The notes beneath the pieces were generated by a model. That model had not been told where the DNA came from, ran no database searches, and worked only from the letters and a program-made list of their open reading frames with translations. Shown piece after piece: positions 19,101 to 27,963 of a stretch of 61,357 nucleotides of DNA; positions within the stretch are counted from its first letter, which is position 1, and the number at the start of each line of letters is the position of its first letter. Source of the stretch: Anaerolineae bacterium (lineage in GTDB: Bacteria; Chloroflexota; Anaerolineae; B4-G1); the NCBI GenBank assembly GCA_034435075.1, contig DAOTYA010000245.1:1-61357 (forward strand). The letters run 5' to 3'. The translations under genes and the position numbers were made by a program.

Positions 19101-19254
19101 AAGTGCCTGTCCGAAAAACGTAACCGACGCATCCCTATGCGTCGGTATAAGCGGCATGGGGATGCCGCTTGTACGGTTTTTCGGATAGGCTCTAAGTGCC
19201 TGTCCGAAAAACGTAACCGACGCATCCCTATGCGTACGGTTTTCAGGATAGGCC
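19101..19254. repeat. Family A repeats: one full copy (19101-19193) plus one copy lacking the second inner hairpin (19194-19254)
   Basis: AAGTGCCTGTCCGAAAAACGTAACCGACGCATCCCTATGCGTCGGTATAAGCGGCATGGGGATGCCGCTTGTACGGTTTTTCGGATAGGCTCT, followed by a shortened duplicate. Confidence 0.95.
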
Positions 19255-19274
19255 AGGTTGTTAGAGGTGGTTTG

Positions 19275-20708
19275 ATGAGTGTGCGCAGGTTAACCCTGGC
19301 AGATGTTGTTGAGAGCCTGACAGGAAGCCGTCCCGTTGGCCCAGAGTGGCCTGTCGCGACAACAGTGGTTGACTCGCGTCAGGCCCGCCAGGACGCCCTG
19401 TTTATCGCGTTGAAAGGGGAACACACTGATGGCCACACTTACGTCTCCGACGCCTTCTCGCGAGGTGCACTGGCAGCGGTCGTCGAGCGTCCGGTGGAGG
19501 CCGACGTGCCGGTGCTGGACCTGACCTTGCCGGCGGAGCGATATGAACTGCACCCTCCTGTGTTGCTCCGGGTGACAGACAGTCTCTGTGCTTTACAGCA
19601 GATCGCCACTTTTTGGAGGGGGCAGCACAACGTGCGCGTCATCGGTATCACCGGCAGCGTGGGCAAGACAATGACAAAGGAGATAACAGCGTCGGTGCTG
19701 GCCCGTCGGTACGTCACGCTCAAGAGCGAGGCCAGCTACAACAACGAAATCGGCCTGCCGCTGACACTGGTGCACCTCACGAGCGAGCATGAACGCGTGG
19801 TGCTGGAGATGGGCATGTACGACGTGGGCGAGATAGCCGCGCTGGCCCGGATCGCGCGTCCGCACGTTGGTGTGGTGACCATCGTCGCGCCGGTGCATCT
19901 GGAACGTGCCGGGACGATGGAGCGCATCGCGCAGGCCAAGACCGAGCTGGTCCAGGCGCTGCCTCAGGCACCGGAAGGCGTTGCGATTCTGAATTACGAC
20001 GACGAAGCGGTGCGGAATATGGCGCGGGCCACACAGGCGCGCATATTTTACTACGGCCTCTCCCCACAGGCCGACCTGTGGGCCGATAGTGTCGAGGGAT
20101 TGGGGCTGGAAGGTATCCGGTTCTGGCTGCACTACCGCGGTGAAAGACTCCACGTGAAGATCCCACTCCTGGGCCGTCACTCCGTCCACACTGCACTCCG
20201 GGCGGCGGCGGTCGGGCTGGTAGAGGGGCTGACCTGGCAGGAGATCATTGAAGGGCTGCGGGCTCCAGCTCCTCAACTGCGCCTGGTAGCTGTAACCGGA
20301 CCGTATGGCTCAACCATCCTCGATGATACCTACAATGCCAGCCCTGTCTCCACACTGGCCGCGCTGAACCTGCTCGACGAGCTGGAGGGGCGAAAGATCG
20401 CCGTGCTGGGTGACATGCTTGAGCTGGGTGACTATGAGCGGGAGGGGCATGAGAAAGTCGGCATGCGGGCACTTGAGGTAGCCGATGTCCTTATCACTGT
20501 CGGCCCGCGGGCGCGTATCATCGCCGAGACGGCCCTGCGCTGGGGAATGCCCGCAGACCGGGTACATATTACCAATGAAAATGCCGAAGCTATCGCCCTG
20601 CTGGAGCAAATGGTACAGAGCGATGATGTCATACTTATCAAAGGCTCGCGCGCTCTTCGCATGGAGGAAATCGTCAATGCGCTTGAGAAAGAACACGAAG
20701 GGAGCTGA
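19275..20708 (+). CDS. murF: UDP-N-acetylmuramoyl-tripeptide--D-alanyl-D-alanine ligase
   Basis: MSVRRLTLADV... N-terminus after GAGGTGG (19264-19270), and the Mur ligase P-loop GITGSVGKT. The ORF-track start at 19026 merely translates Family A repeats. Confidence 0.92.
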   Translation: MSVRRLTLADVVESLTGSRPVGPEWPVATTVVDSRQARQDALFIALKGEHTDGHTYVSDAFSRGALAAVVERPVEADVPVLDLTLPAERYELHPPVLLRVTDSLCALQQIATFWRGQHNVRVIGITGSVGKTMTKEITASVLARRYVTLKSEASYNNEIGLPLTLVHLTSEHERVVLEMGMYDVGEIAALARIARPHVGVVTIVAPVHLERAGTMERIAQAKTELVQALPQAPEGVAILNYDDEAVRNMARATQARIFYYGLSPQADLWADSVEGLGLEGIRFWLHYRGERLHVKIPLLGRHSVHTALRAAAVGLVEGLTWQEIIEGLRAPAPQLRLVAVTGPYGSTILDDTYNASPVSTLAALNLLDELEGRKIAVLGDMLELGDYEREGHEKVGMRALEVADVLITVGPRARIIAETALRWGMPADRVHITNENAEAIALLEQMVQSDDVILIKGSRALRMEEIVNALEKEHEGS

Positions 20709-20764
20709 GTATGCAGAGGAGCAGTAGCGACAGGCTCGCACAAAGTGAGGCCGGGGAGGGATAA

Positions 20765-21769
20765 ATGGATTTCGCCCTGATCCTGGCGAGTATTTCTTTC
20801 CTCCTGGCCGTGGTGTGGGGGCCATTGCTTATCCGTATCCTGCGACGCTACAAGATAGGCAAACGCATTCGCATTGATGGGCCACGCGGTCATCAGACCA
20901 AGCTGGGAACGCCCACGATGGGGGGATTGATGATCGTCGTGCCGGTAGTGCTCATCACTTTGACGCTGAACGTTTACAATCTGCTCGGCCGCACCCCTGT
21001 GGGGCGCTCGATCCTGATTCCTCTGGGGGTGATGGTGGCCTACGCGATCATAGGCGCCGTGGACGACATCGCGGGCGTGCGTGGCATGCGCCGTGGCGAG
21101 GGGTACCGGGCACGACATAAGATTGTATGGGAGATTGGCGTGGCGCTGGTGGTCGCGTTGGTGATGTACCTGCTCCCTTTACAGTTCGCAGGGGAGGTCG
21201 GGGTGCCCGGCGTTCACCGTGCGGTCAGGCTGGGCTGGGCGTGGGTGCCCGCTGCAGCCTTTGTCATCCTCGGCTCGGCCAATGCCGTCAACCTGACCGA
21301 CGGGCTTGATGGCCTGGCAGGTACCGTTGTGGCCGGCGCTTTTGTCGGTTATGGAGTAATCGCTCTCCTGCAGGGGCAGGGTTACCTGGTGCAATTCTGC
21401 TTCACGGTGGTGGGAGCGTGCTTTGCCTTTTTGTGGTACAACGCTCACCCGGCGCAACTATTTATGGGCGATACCGGCAGCCTTGCCCTGGGAGCGACTC
21501 TCGGCACGGTGGCCCTGATGTCTGGCCAGTGGCTGTTGCTCCCGGTCGTGGCCCTCATTCCGGTTGCCGAGACGCTCTCCGTAATCCTGCAGGTGCTATA
21601 TTTCAAATATACCAGGCGCCGCTTCGGCCAGGGGAGACGGCTGTTTAAGATGAGTCCCCTGCACCACCATTTTGAACTGCTTGGCTGGTCAGAGACTCAG
21701 GTGGTGCAACGGTTCTGGCTGGTTGAACTGCTGGCGGTGATGGCCGGCGTGGCACTGGCACTGTGGTGA
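20765..21769 (+). CDS. mraY: Phospho-N-acetylmuramoyl-pentapeptide transferase
   Basis: Polytopic membrane protein with NAVNLTDGLDGLA and MGDTGSLALG motifs. Confidence 0.95.
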   Translation: MDFALILASISFLLAVVWGPLLIRILRRYKIGKRIRIDGPRGHQTKLGTPTMGGLMIVVPVVLITLTLNVYNLLGRTPVGRSILIPLGVMVAYAIIGAVDDIAGVRGMRRGEGYRARHKIVWEIGVALVVALVMYLLPLQFAGEVGVPGVHRAVRLGWAWVPAAAFVILGSANAVNLTDGLDGLAGTVVAGAFVGYGVIALLQGQGYLVQFCFTVVGACFAFLWYNAHPAQLFMGDTGSLALGATLGTVALMSGQWLLLPVVALIPVAETLSVILQVLYFKYTRRRFGQGRRLFKMSPLHHHFELLGWSETQVVQRFWLVELLAVMAGVALALW

Positions 21770-21774
21770 CGGGA

Positions 21775-23154
21775 ATGACGGGCGAACTAAACGGCAAACA
21801 TGTGGTGATCCTGGGACTGGCCCGGCAGGGGACGGCGCTGGCCCGCTTCCTGGTGCAGGCTGGCGCCGAGGTTACTGTCTCTGACATCAAGCCCAAATCT
21901 GAGCTTAAAGAGGCGCTCGCCTCTCTGGAAGGGTTGCCCATACGCTACGTCCTGGGGAAACATCCGCTCAGTCTGCTCAACAAAGCCGATTTGCTGTGCC
22001 TCAGCGGCGGTGTGCCGCTGGACACTCCTGTTGTGGTGGAGGCACGCAGACGCGGTATCCCTCTGAGCAACGATGCTCAGCTATTCCTGGAGCGCTGCCC
22101 GGCCCCGATCGTCGGTATCACAGGATCGGCCGGTAAAACGACGACGACCGCATTGGTGGGAGAGATGTGTCGGGCTGCGGGGCTATCCACCTGGGTGGGG
22201 GGCAACATCGGCAACCCGCTCATCGCCGATCTGGAGCGTATCCGACCTGACGACCGGGTGGTAATGGAACTCTCCAGCTTTCAACTTGAGCTTATGACGG
22301 TAAGCCCTCACATCGCCGCGGTGCTTAACATTACGCCCAATCATCTGGATCGTCACAGCAGGATGGAGGATTACATCGCAGCCAAGCGCAACATTGTGGC
22401 CTATCAGAGGCCTGAGGATTTCGCCGTCCTGGGTTTCGACGATGCCAATGCCCGCTCGCTGGCTATTGAAACCGCTGCTCATCTGCTCTGGTTCAGCGGA
22501 GGGGCAGAAGTGGACGAGGGGGCTTTTAAAACCAACGGTACGCTGACGCTGCGCCTGAACGGCGTGGACCGGGAGATCTGCCGGGCGTCGGAAGTGCGGC
22601 TGCGCGGACGTCACAACCTGCTCAACGTGCTGGCCGCATGCGCGCTGGCCGGGGTGGCGGGGGTCCCGGTGGAAGCGATGCGCCAGGTGATCCTGACCTT
22701 TACCGGCGTCGAGCACCGGCTCGAGCTGGTGCGCGAGCTTAACGGCGTGCAATGGTACGACGATTCCATCGCCACTGCCCCGGAGCGGACTCTGGCGGCG
22801 CTCAGGTCCTTTGAAGGGCCGATCGTGCTCCTGGCTGGAGGAAGGGACAAAAAGCTTCCCTGGGATGAATTTGCCCGTGAGGTGACGGCACGGGTGCGCT
22901 ACCTGATCACCTTTGGGGAGGCCGGGCCGATGATCGCACGCCTGGCAAATGAGGCCCTGGGTAAAGGTGCGGGCAATGCCACCCTGGAGAGCGTTGCGCA
23001 GGTCGAGACGCTCGATGAAGCGGTTGCGCTGGCGGCGCGGGTGGCCCGGCCGGGCGACGTGGTGCTCCTTTCACCGGGCGGTACAAGCTTCGACGCTTTC
23101 CGCGACTTCGCCGCACGGGGAGACAGATTCAAAGAGCTGGTGCGAGGGCTGTGA
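21775..23154 (+). CDS. murD: UDP-N-acetylmuramoylalanine--D-glutamate ligase
   Basis: Rossmann-like N-terminus GKHVVILGLARQG and P-loop GITGSAGKTTT. GTG 21763, overlapping the mraY stop, is an alternative start. Confidence 0.92.
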   Translation: MTGELNGKHVVILGLARQGTALARFLVQAGAEVTVSDIKPKSELKEALASLEGLPIRYVLGKHPLSLLNKADLLCLSGGVPLDTPVVVEARRRGIPLSNDAQLFLERCPAPIVGITGSAGKTTTTALVGEMCRAAGLSTWVGGNIGNPLIADLERIRPDDRVVMELSSFQLELMTVSPHIAAVLNITPNHLDRHSRMEDYIAAKRNIVAYQRPEDFAVLGFDDANARSLAIETAAHLLWFSGGAEVDEGAFKTNGTLTLRLNGVDREICRASEVRLRGRHNLLNVLAACALAGVAGVPVEAMRQVILTFTGVEHRLELVRELNGVQWYDDSIATAPERTLAALRSFEGPIVLLAGGRDKKLPWDEFAREVTARVRYLITFGEAGPMIARLANEALGKGAGNATLESVAQVETLDEAVALAARVARPGDVVLLSPGGTSFDAFRDFAARGDRFKELVRGL

Positions 23155-23155
23155 G

Positions 23156-24400
23156 ATGGCCGGCGTGAGCATTGTCACCGGGGTCAGTTCACGAACGACC
23201 AGGCGGGAAAGGCGGCATGGGCGGAGCCTGGATTATGCCCTGCTGCTGACGGTGCTCGGATTGCTGTTCCTGGGGATGATGATGGTTTACAGCGCCACCT
23301 TCGACTGGTCATACCAGGCTTATCACAACAGCTTTCGCATCGCCTCGCGCCAGTTCCTGTGGGTGGGTCTGGGCCTGGTGGTGATGGCTGTGGTCGCGGC
23401 CATCCCCTATGACTGGTGGCAAAGGCAGGCAGTGCCGGTGATGGGCATCGCGTTGCTGTTCCTGATCCTGGTACTGCTGGTGGGGGATGACACCTTCGGT
23501 GCCCGGCGCTCGTTCCTGAACGGCTCCATCCAGCCCGGCGAGTTGATGAAACCGGCCATGGTGATCTATGTGGCGGCCTGGCTGGTCTCCAAGGGCGAGG
23601 ACATCCGCCATGTGACCTATGGGCTGATTCCCTTTGCCATGCTCGTCGGTTTGATCGCGGGCCTGGTAATGCTGCAGCCCGACGTGAGCACGGCGATATT
23701 GCTCGTGATGATCGCACTGGCTATGTTTTTCCTGGCCGGCGCTGACATCCTCCAGTTGGCCGCAGGAGGCCTCATCGTGGGGGTCACGTTTATGGTGTTG
23801 ATCAACCAGCTTCCCCACGCCAGACAACGGATGGACGAGTATCTGGCCGCCTGGCAGGATCCGCTGAATATGGGCTACCATGCCCAGCAATCGTTGATCG
23901 CGCTGGGCAGCGGCGGCCTGTTGGGCACCGGGTTGGGGCAGGGGCAACAGAAGTTGGGCTATCTCCCGGCGCCCCACACCGACAGCATTTTCGCCATCGT
24001 GGGGGAGGAGACGGGTTTCCTCGGCTGCATAATTGTGATCGGGCTGTTCGCTTTCCTGACTTATCGCGGCTTCAGAATCGCGCTACACGCTCCTGATGCC
24101 TTCGCTGCACTGTTGGCCAGTGGAGTCACCTGCTGGCTGACCTTTCAAGCCCTGGTAAATCTGGGGGTGATCACCGGACTGCTCCCTTTCACAGGTGTGG
24201 CGCTGCCGTTCATGAGCGCAGGTGGCTCGGCGATGCTGACGTCACTGGCAGGGATAGGGCTGTTGCTAAGCGTCTCGCGCGGCAGACGCACACGAAGCAA
24301 GGAGTCCATAGAGCGGAAGGATGCACATCTGGATCGCAGGTGGTGGGACCGGGGGACACGTCTACCCCGGACTGGCCGTGGCCCGCGCACTGCTCGCTGA
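23156..24400 (+). CDS. ftsW: SEDS-family peptidoglycan polymerase / lipid II flippase FtsW
   Basis: About 10 TM segments and SEDS-like sequence, positioned between murD and murG. ATG 23156 lies 2 nt after the murD stop. The last 80 nt overlap murG. Confidence 0.88.
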   Translation: MAGVSIVTGVSSRTTRRERRHGRSLDYALLLTVLGLLFLGMMMVYSATFDWSYQAYHNSFRIASRQFLWVGLGLVVMAVVAAIPYDWWQRQAVPVMGIALLFLILVLLVGDDTFGARRSFLNGSIQPGELMKPAMVIYVAAWLVSKGEDIRHVTYGLIPFAMLVGLIAGLVMLQPDVSTAILLVMIALAMFFLAGADILQLAAGGLIVGVTFMVLINQLPHARQRMDEYLAAWQDPLNMGYHAQQSLIALGSGGLLGTGLGQGQQKLGYLPAPHTDSIFAIVGEETGFLGCIIVIGLFAFLTYRGFRIALHAPDAFAALLASGVTCWLTFQALVNLGVITGLLPFTGVALPFMSAGGSAMLTSLAGIGLLLSVSRGRRTRSKESIERKDAHLDRRWWDRGTRLPRTGRGPRTAR

Positions 24401-25418
24401 AACGCCTGCGTCGCTCCTCTATGTAGGGGGCGAAGAAGGGGTAGAGGAGCATCTGGTCAGGCAGGCCGGTATCCCCTTCGTGGGAGTACCGGCAGGCGGC
24501 GTCCACGGGTTGACTCCCGCGCGAGCAGTGCAAAACGCGCTCAGATTGCTGCGCGGCTGGAATGCCACCCTGCGACTGGGCCGCCGTGAACGTCCGGCAG
24601 CGCTGTTCGCTACAGGTGGATATGCCAGCGTCCCGGTGGCACTGGCTGCCTGGACGCTGCGGGTGCCGATCCTGGTCTACCTGCCCGATATTGAACCGGG
24701 CTGGGCTGTCCGTTTCATCGCCCGGCTGGCGACCCGGGTGGCGGTGACGGTCGAGGAATCGCGGGGCTACTTCCCGGAGCACAAAGTCATCGTGACCGGC
24801 TATCCGGTGCGGCCGGAGTTTCACAAAGTGGAGCGTGTGGAGGCGCGGGCTGCGCTGCAGTTGATGCCCGATGAGCCGGTGCTCCTGGTAATGGGTGGGA
24901 GTAAAGGCGCCAGCAGCATCAATCACGCGCTGGATAGAGTGTTGGAGCAGGTGCTGGAACTGGTACAGGTTGTCCACTTGAGCGGCGAGCACGACTGGAC
25001 GCGCGTGCAGGCACGCCGTGAGCACCTGCCGGAGACGTTGCGGGCACGCTATCATCCTTACCGGTACCTTCACGAGATCTGGCTGGCCCTGGCTGCTGCA
25101 GACCTGGCGCTCTGCCGTGCCGGAGCCTCGACGTTGGGTGAGTTGCCCTTTTTCGCGCTGCCCGCCATCCTGGTGCCTTACCCGCATGCCTGGCGCTACC
25201 AGAAGGTCAACGCTGCCTGGCTGGTGGAACGGGGAGGAGCGCTGCAGGTGGACGATGAGCGACTGGGTGAGGAACTGCTGCCCACTTTGCGCAGGTTGCT
25301 GAGCGATCGGGCTATGCTTGAGGAAATGAGGATGCGTATGCGTGCACTGGCCCATCCTGATGCAGCCGTGCGGCTCGCCCAGGCACTCTGCGCGCTGGCC
25401 ACATCATCTGCCGGATGA
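24321..25418 (+). CDS. murG: Undecaprenyldiphospho-muramoylpentapeptide beta-N-acetylglucosaminyltransferase
   Basis: N-terminal G-loop IAGGGTGGHVYPGLAVA and GT28 length. Confidence 0.94.
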   Translation: MHIWIAGGGTGGHVYPGLAVARALLAETPASLLYVGGEEGVEEHLVRQAGIPFVGVPAGGVHGLTPARAVQNALRLLRGWNATLRLGRRERPAALFATGGYASVPVALAAWTLRVPILVYLPDIEPGWAVRFIARLATRVAVTVEESRGYFPEHKVIVTGYPVRPEFHKVERVEARAALQLMPDEPVLLVMGGSKGASSINHALDRVLEQVLELVQVVHLSGEHDWTRVQARREHLPETLRARYHPYRYLHEIWLALAAADLALCRAGASTLGELPFFALPAILVPYPHAWRYQKVNAAWLVERGGALQVDDERLGEELLPTLRRLLSDRAMLEEMRMRMRALAHPDAAVRLAQALCALATSSAG

Positions 25419-25470
25419 ACGGCAGCGGTCCGCAGTTCAGCACATCCGAGATTGACTGGAGAGATTTACC

Positions 25471-25998
25471 ATGATGCCGATCAACACATTTTTCTGGATG
25501 ATGATCGCCGTTTTTGCCCTGGTGGGAGCGATGCGCGGGTGGGACAGGGAATCGCTGGTTACGTTCAGTGCCATTGTGGCCCTGTTCCTGCGCATGGTGT
25601 TCAGCACTTATGTCCCCTTCGTGCGGGAATTCCTGAACAGCCGCTCCCCTACAGGCCAGTTCCAGATATACAGTATGCTCATCATCTTTATGGCCTTTGT
25701 CGGGTACGCAGGACCAGTGCTCTCTACCAGGCTGGCGCCCAAGGCATCATCAAAGAAAGTTCAAGACACATTGCTGGGAGGCGTCATAGGAGCGTTGAAC
25801 GGTTATCTGATCGTAGGCTCCATCTGGTATTTTCTCCACGCTGCCGGTTACGGCCAGTTCGGCATCCTGCCTCCACCCGAAGGATCCATCGCCTACATCA
25901 TTGCCACCAAATATCTGCCGCCTGTGTGGCTCAGTCCGGTGCTCTTACTGATCACCGTCGCCCTTTCGTTCGTATTTGTGCTGATCGTGCAACTGTAA
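25471..25998 (+). CDS. CvpA-like small polytopic membrane protein (paralog 1)
   Basis: 175 aa with about 4 TM helices. The N-terminus FFWMMIAVFALVGAMRGWDRE resembles the CvpA family G-x-x-RG motif. It is a paralog of 26036-26557. Confidence 0.7.
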   Translation: MMPINTFFWMMIAVFALVGAMRGWDRESLVTFSAIVALFLRMVFSTYVPFVREFLNSRSPTGQFQIYSMLIIFMAFVGYAGPVLSTRLAPKASSKKVQDTLLGGVIGALNGYLIVGSIWYFLHAAGYGQFGILPPPEGSIAYIIATKYLPPVWLSPVLLLITVALSFVFVLIVQL

Positions 25999-26035
25999 GC
26001 ATTTTCATGGTCCCCCGGACGCACGGAGGAAACAG

Positions 26036-26557
26036 ATGATACCACTAAACGTTGTCTTCTGGATACTGGTCCTGGTGTTCGCCATGGTCGGTGCCCTACG
26101 TGGCTGGAGCAAGGAGATTCTGGTCTCATTCAGCGTTATCCTGGCCCTGTTCCTGCGCCTGGTGTTCAGTACCTACGTCCCGTTTTTCAGGGATTTGCTG
26201 AACCGTCCGCCTGTGGAGCAGTTCTACATCTACACTATCCTTGTGGTAGTGATGGCGATCATCGGATACACCGGCCCGGTGGCCTCCGCACGCCTGGCGA
26301 AAGGGGCCGCCCGCGAGAAGCTGCAGGACTTCTTGCTGAGCAGCGTGGTGGGCGCCATCAACGGGTATCTCATCGTGGGCACCATCTGGTATTTCCTACA
26401 TACTGCCGGCTACGGCATATGGGGCATTACCCCACCGCCGCCGGGATCGGCGGCCATGTCGCTGGCCAACTCTCTGCCACCGGCATTGCTCAACCCGCCC
26501 TTGCTGCTGACCATTGTGGCGCTCTCCTTCGTGTACGTGCTGGTGAAATTCCTATGA
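26036..26557 (+). CDS. CvpA-like small polytopic membrane protein (paralog 2)
   Basis: 173 aa, collinear with paralog 1 and roughly 50-60% identical by eye. Shared blocks include LVFSTYVPF, NGYLIVG.IWYFLH.AGYG and VALSFV. Its stop overlaps the murC ATG (ATGA). Confidence 0.7.
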   Translation: MIPLNVVFWILVLVFAMVGALRGWSKEILVSFSVILALFLRLVFSTYVPFFRDLLNRPPVEQFYIYTILVVVMAIIGYTGPVASARLAKGAAREKLQDFLLSSVVGAINGYLIVGTIWYFLHTAGYGIWGITPPPPGSAAMSLANSLPPALLNPPLLLTIVALSFVYVLVKFL

Positions 26558-27963
26558 GACAGATACCCGCTCTCGACGCTCTCCGGCACATCCACTTTAT
26601 CGGCATCGGTGGCTCTGGCCTCTCGGCGATCGCCCGCGTGCTGATGGAGCAGGGGCTGGAGGTATCCGGGTCCGACCTGGTGCTCTCACCTGCTGCCCGG
26701 GCACTGGCACAGGACGGTGTGCGGGTGTCTGTGGGCCATCGGCCTGCAAATGTTGAAGGAGCCGACCTGGTTGTCGTCTCCTCGGCGATCCCTGCCACCA
26801 ATGTTGAGATAGCAGCCGCGCAGGCCGCCGGCATCCCGGTCGTCAGGAGACCGGAGTTGCTCGCTATGATGACGAGCGGTTATCAGACCATCGCGGTGGC
26901 CGGCACCAAAGGGAAGACAACCACAACAGCAATGGTCGCCTCCATTCTCCTGGAAGCCGGGTATGACCCAACCTTCATCGTTGGCGGAGTGATCGTGGGA
27001 CCCGAACGGAATGCCCGCGCCGGCGGGGGGCCTTACTTTGTCGTAGAGGCCGACGAATACGACCGCACCTTTCTCAGCCTGAAGCCCCGCGTCGCTGTCG
27101 TGACCAACGTCGAATACGATCACCCTGATTGTTACCCCACCTTCGCCGTGTTTCGGGATGCGTTTGAGACGTTCGCGGCCTCGGTGCCCCAGGATGGACT
27201 GCTTGTGGTCGGCTGGGATGACCCCACCGCCCGTCAGCTTGGCGTACGACGGAGCGCGAACGGGGGCGCGACGGTACTTTATGGTTTGGGCGAAGGCGCG
27301 GAGTGGCGGGCCGAGGAGATCCGCCCCAACTTCGCCGGCGGTGTGGACTTCCTGGCAACGCGCAACGGTAAAGTGGTCGGGCTGATCAGGCTGCGCCTGC
27401 CCGGAACTCATAACGCCTCAAACGCAGTTGCAGCGCTGGCGGTGGCCACTTTTCTTGATGTGCCGATACATCTGGTGCAGTCCGCGCTTGCCAGCTTCCA
27501 GGGAGTGAGGCGCCGCTTCGAGATCAGGGGCACATTGAACGAGATCACCGTGGTGGACGACTACGCCCACCACCCTTCGGCCATTCGCGCCACGCTCCAG
27601 GCGGCGCGGGAGCGCTTCCCCGGCCGACCGCTGTGGGCGGTATGGCAGCCCCATACCTACAGCCGCACTCTGGCTCTGCTCGAGCAATTCGCGCAGGCCT
27701 TCGACCTGGCCGATCACGTGATTGTGCTGCCCATTTACCCGGCCCGTGAATCGGATACCTGGGGAGTGCGCAGTGCTGATGTCGTGGCGAGGATGTGCCA
27801 CCGGGACGCGCGCTGCGCGGATTCGGTCGAGGAGGCCGTCGCGTGGCTGGAAACCGGCGTGCAACCAGGTGACGTGGTGCTTACCCTGAGCGCAGGAGAT
27901 GGCAACAGGGTAGGAGACACGCTGTTGAAATTCCTGGAGGAGGAGCGTGCCACTCAAGCGTGA
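26554..27963 (+). CDS. murC: UDP-N-acetylmuramate--L-alanine ligase
   Basis: HIHFIGIGGSGLSAIA and P-loop VAGTKGKTTTT. ATG 26554 overlaps the upstream stop by 4 nt. Confidence 0.93.
   Translation: MRQIPALDALRHIHFIGIGGSGLSAIARVLMEQGLEVSGSDLVLSPAARALAQDGVRVSVGHRPANVEGADLVVVSSAIPATNVEIAAAQAAGIPVVRRPELLAMMTSGYQTIAVAGTKGKTTTTAMVASILLEAGYDPTFIVGGVIVGPERNARAGGGPYFVVEADEYDRTFLSLKPRVAVVTNVEYDHPDCYPTFAVFRDAFETFAASVPQDGLLVVGWDDPTARQLGVRRSANGGATVLYGLGEGAEWRAEEIRPNFAGGVDFLATRNGKVVGLIRLRLPGTHNASNAVAALAVATFLDVPIHLVQSALASFQGVRRRFEIRGTLNEITVVDDYAHHPSAIRATLQAARERFPGRPLWAVWQPHTYSRTLALLEQFAQAFDLADHVIVLPIYPARESDTWGVRSADVVARMCHRDARCADSVEEAVAWLETGVQPGDVVLTLSAGDGNRVGDTLLKFLEEERATQA

Noticed and set aside
19026-19274. 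N-terminal extensions in the ORF track of murF (from 19026), asp23 (to 43372), the coiled-coil gene (to 36371), ftsW (from 22949), murC (from 26419), ftsI (from 17276) and mraZ (from 15500).
   Set aside because: The extensions either translate Family A or B repeats (recurring RRIPMRRYKRHRDAACTVFRIG-type peptides) or overlap the preceding gene. In each case an internal start with a Shine-Dalgarno sequence gives the conserved family N-terminus.
24210-25355. A 381-aa ORF lies antisense to murG. Similar long antisense ORFs are at 4090-5001, 13205-14077, 20432-21118, 23309-23977, 38346-39185, 39510-40538, 41695-42570, 57393-58844, 58316-59557 and 60418-61353.
   Set aside because: Each lies fully opposite a gene with unmistakable family motifs. 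Their translations are Arg/Gly/Pro/His-rich and low-complexity, as expected for the antisense strand of GC-rich coding DNA.
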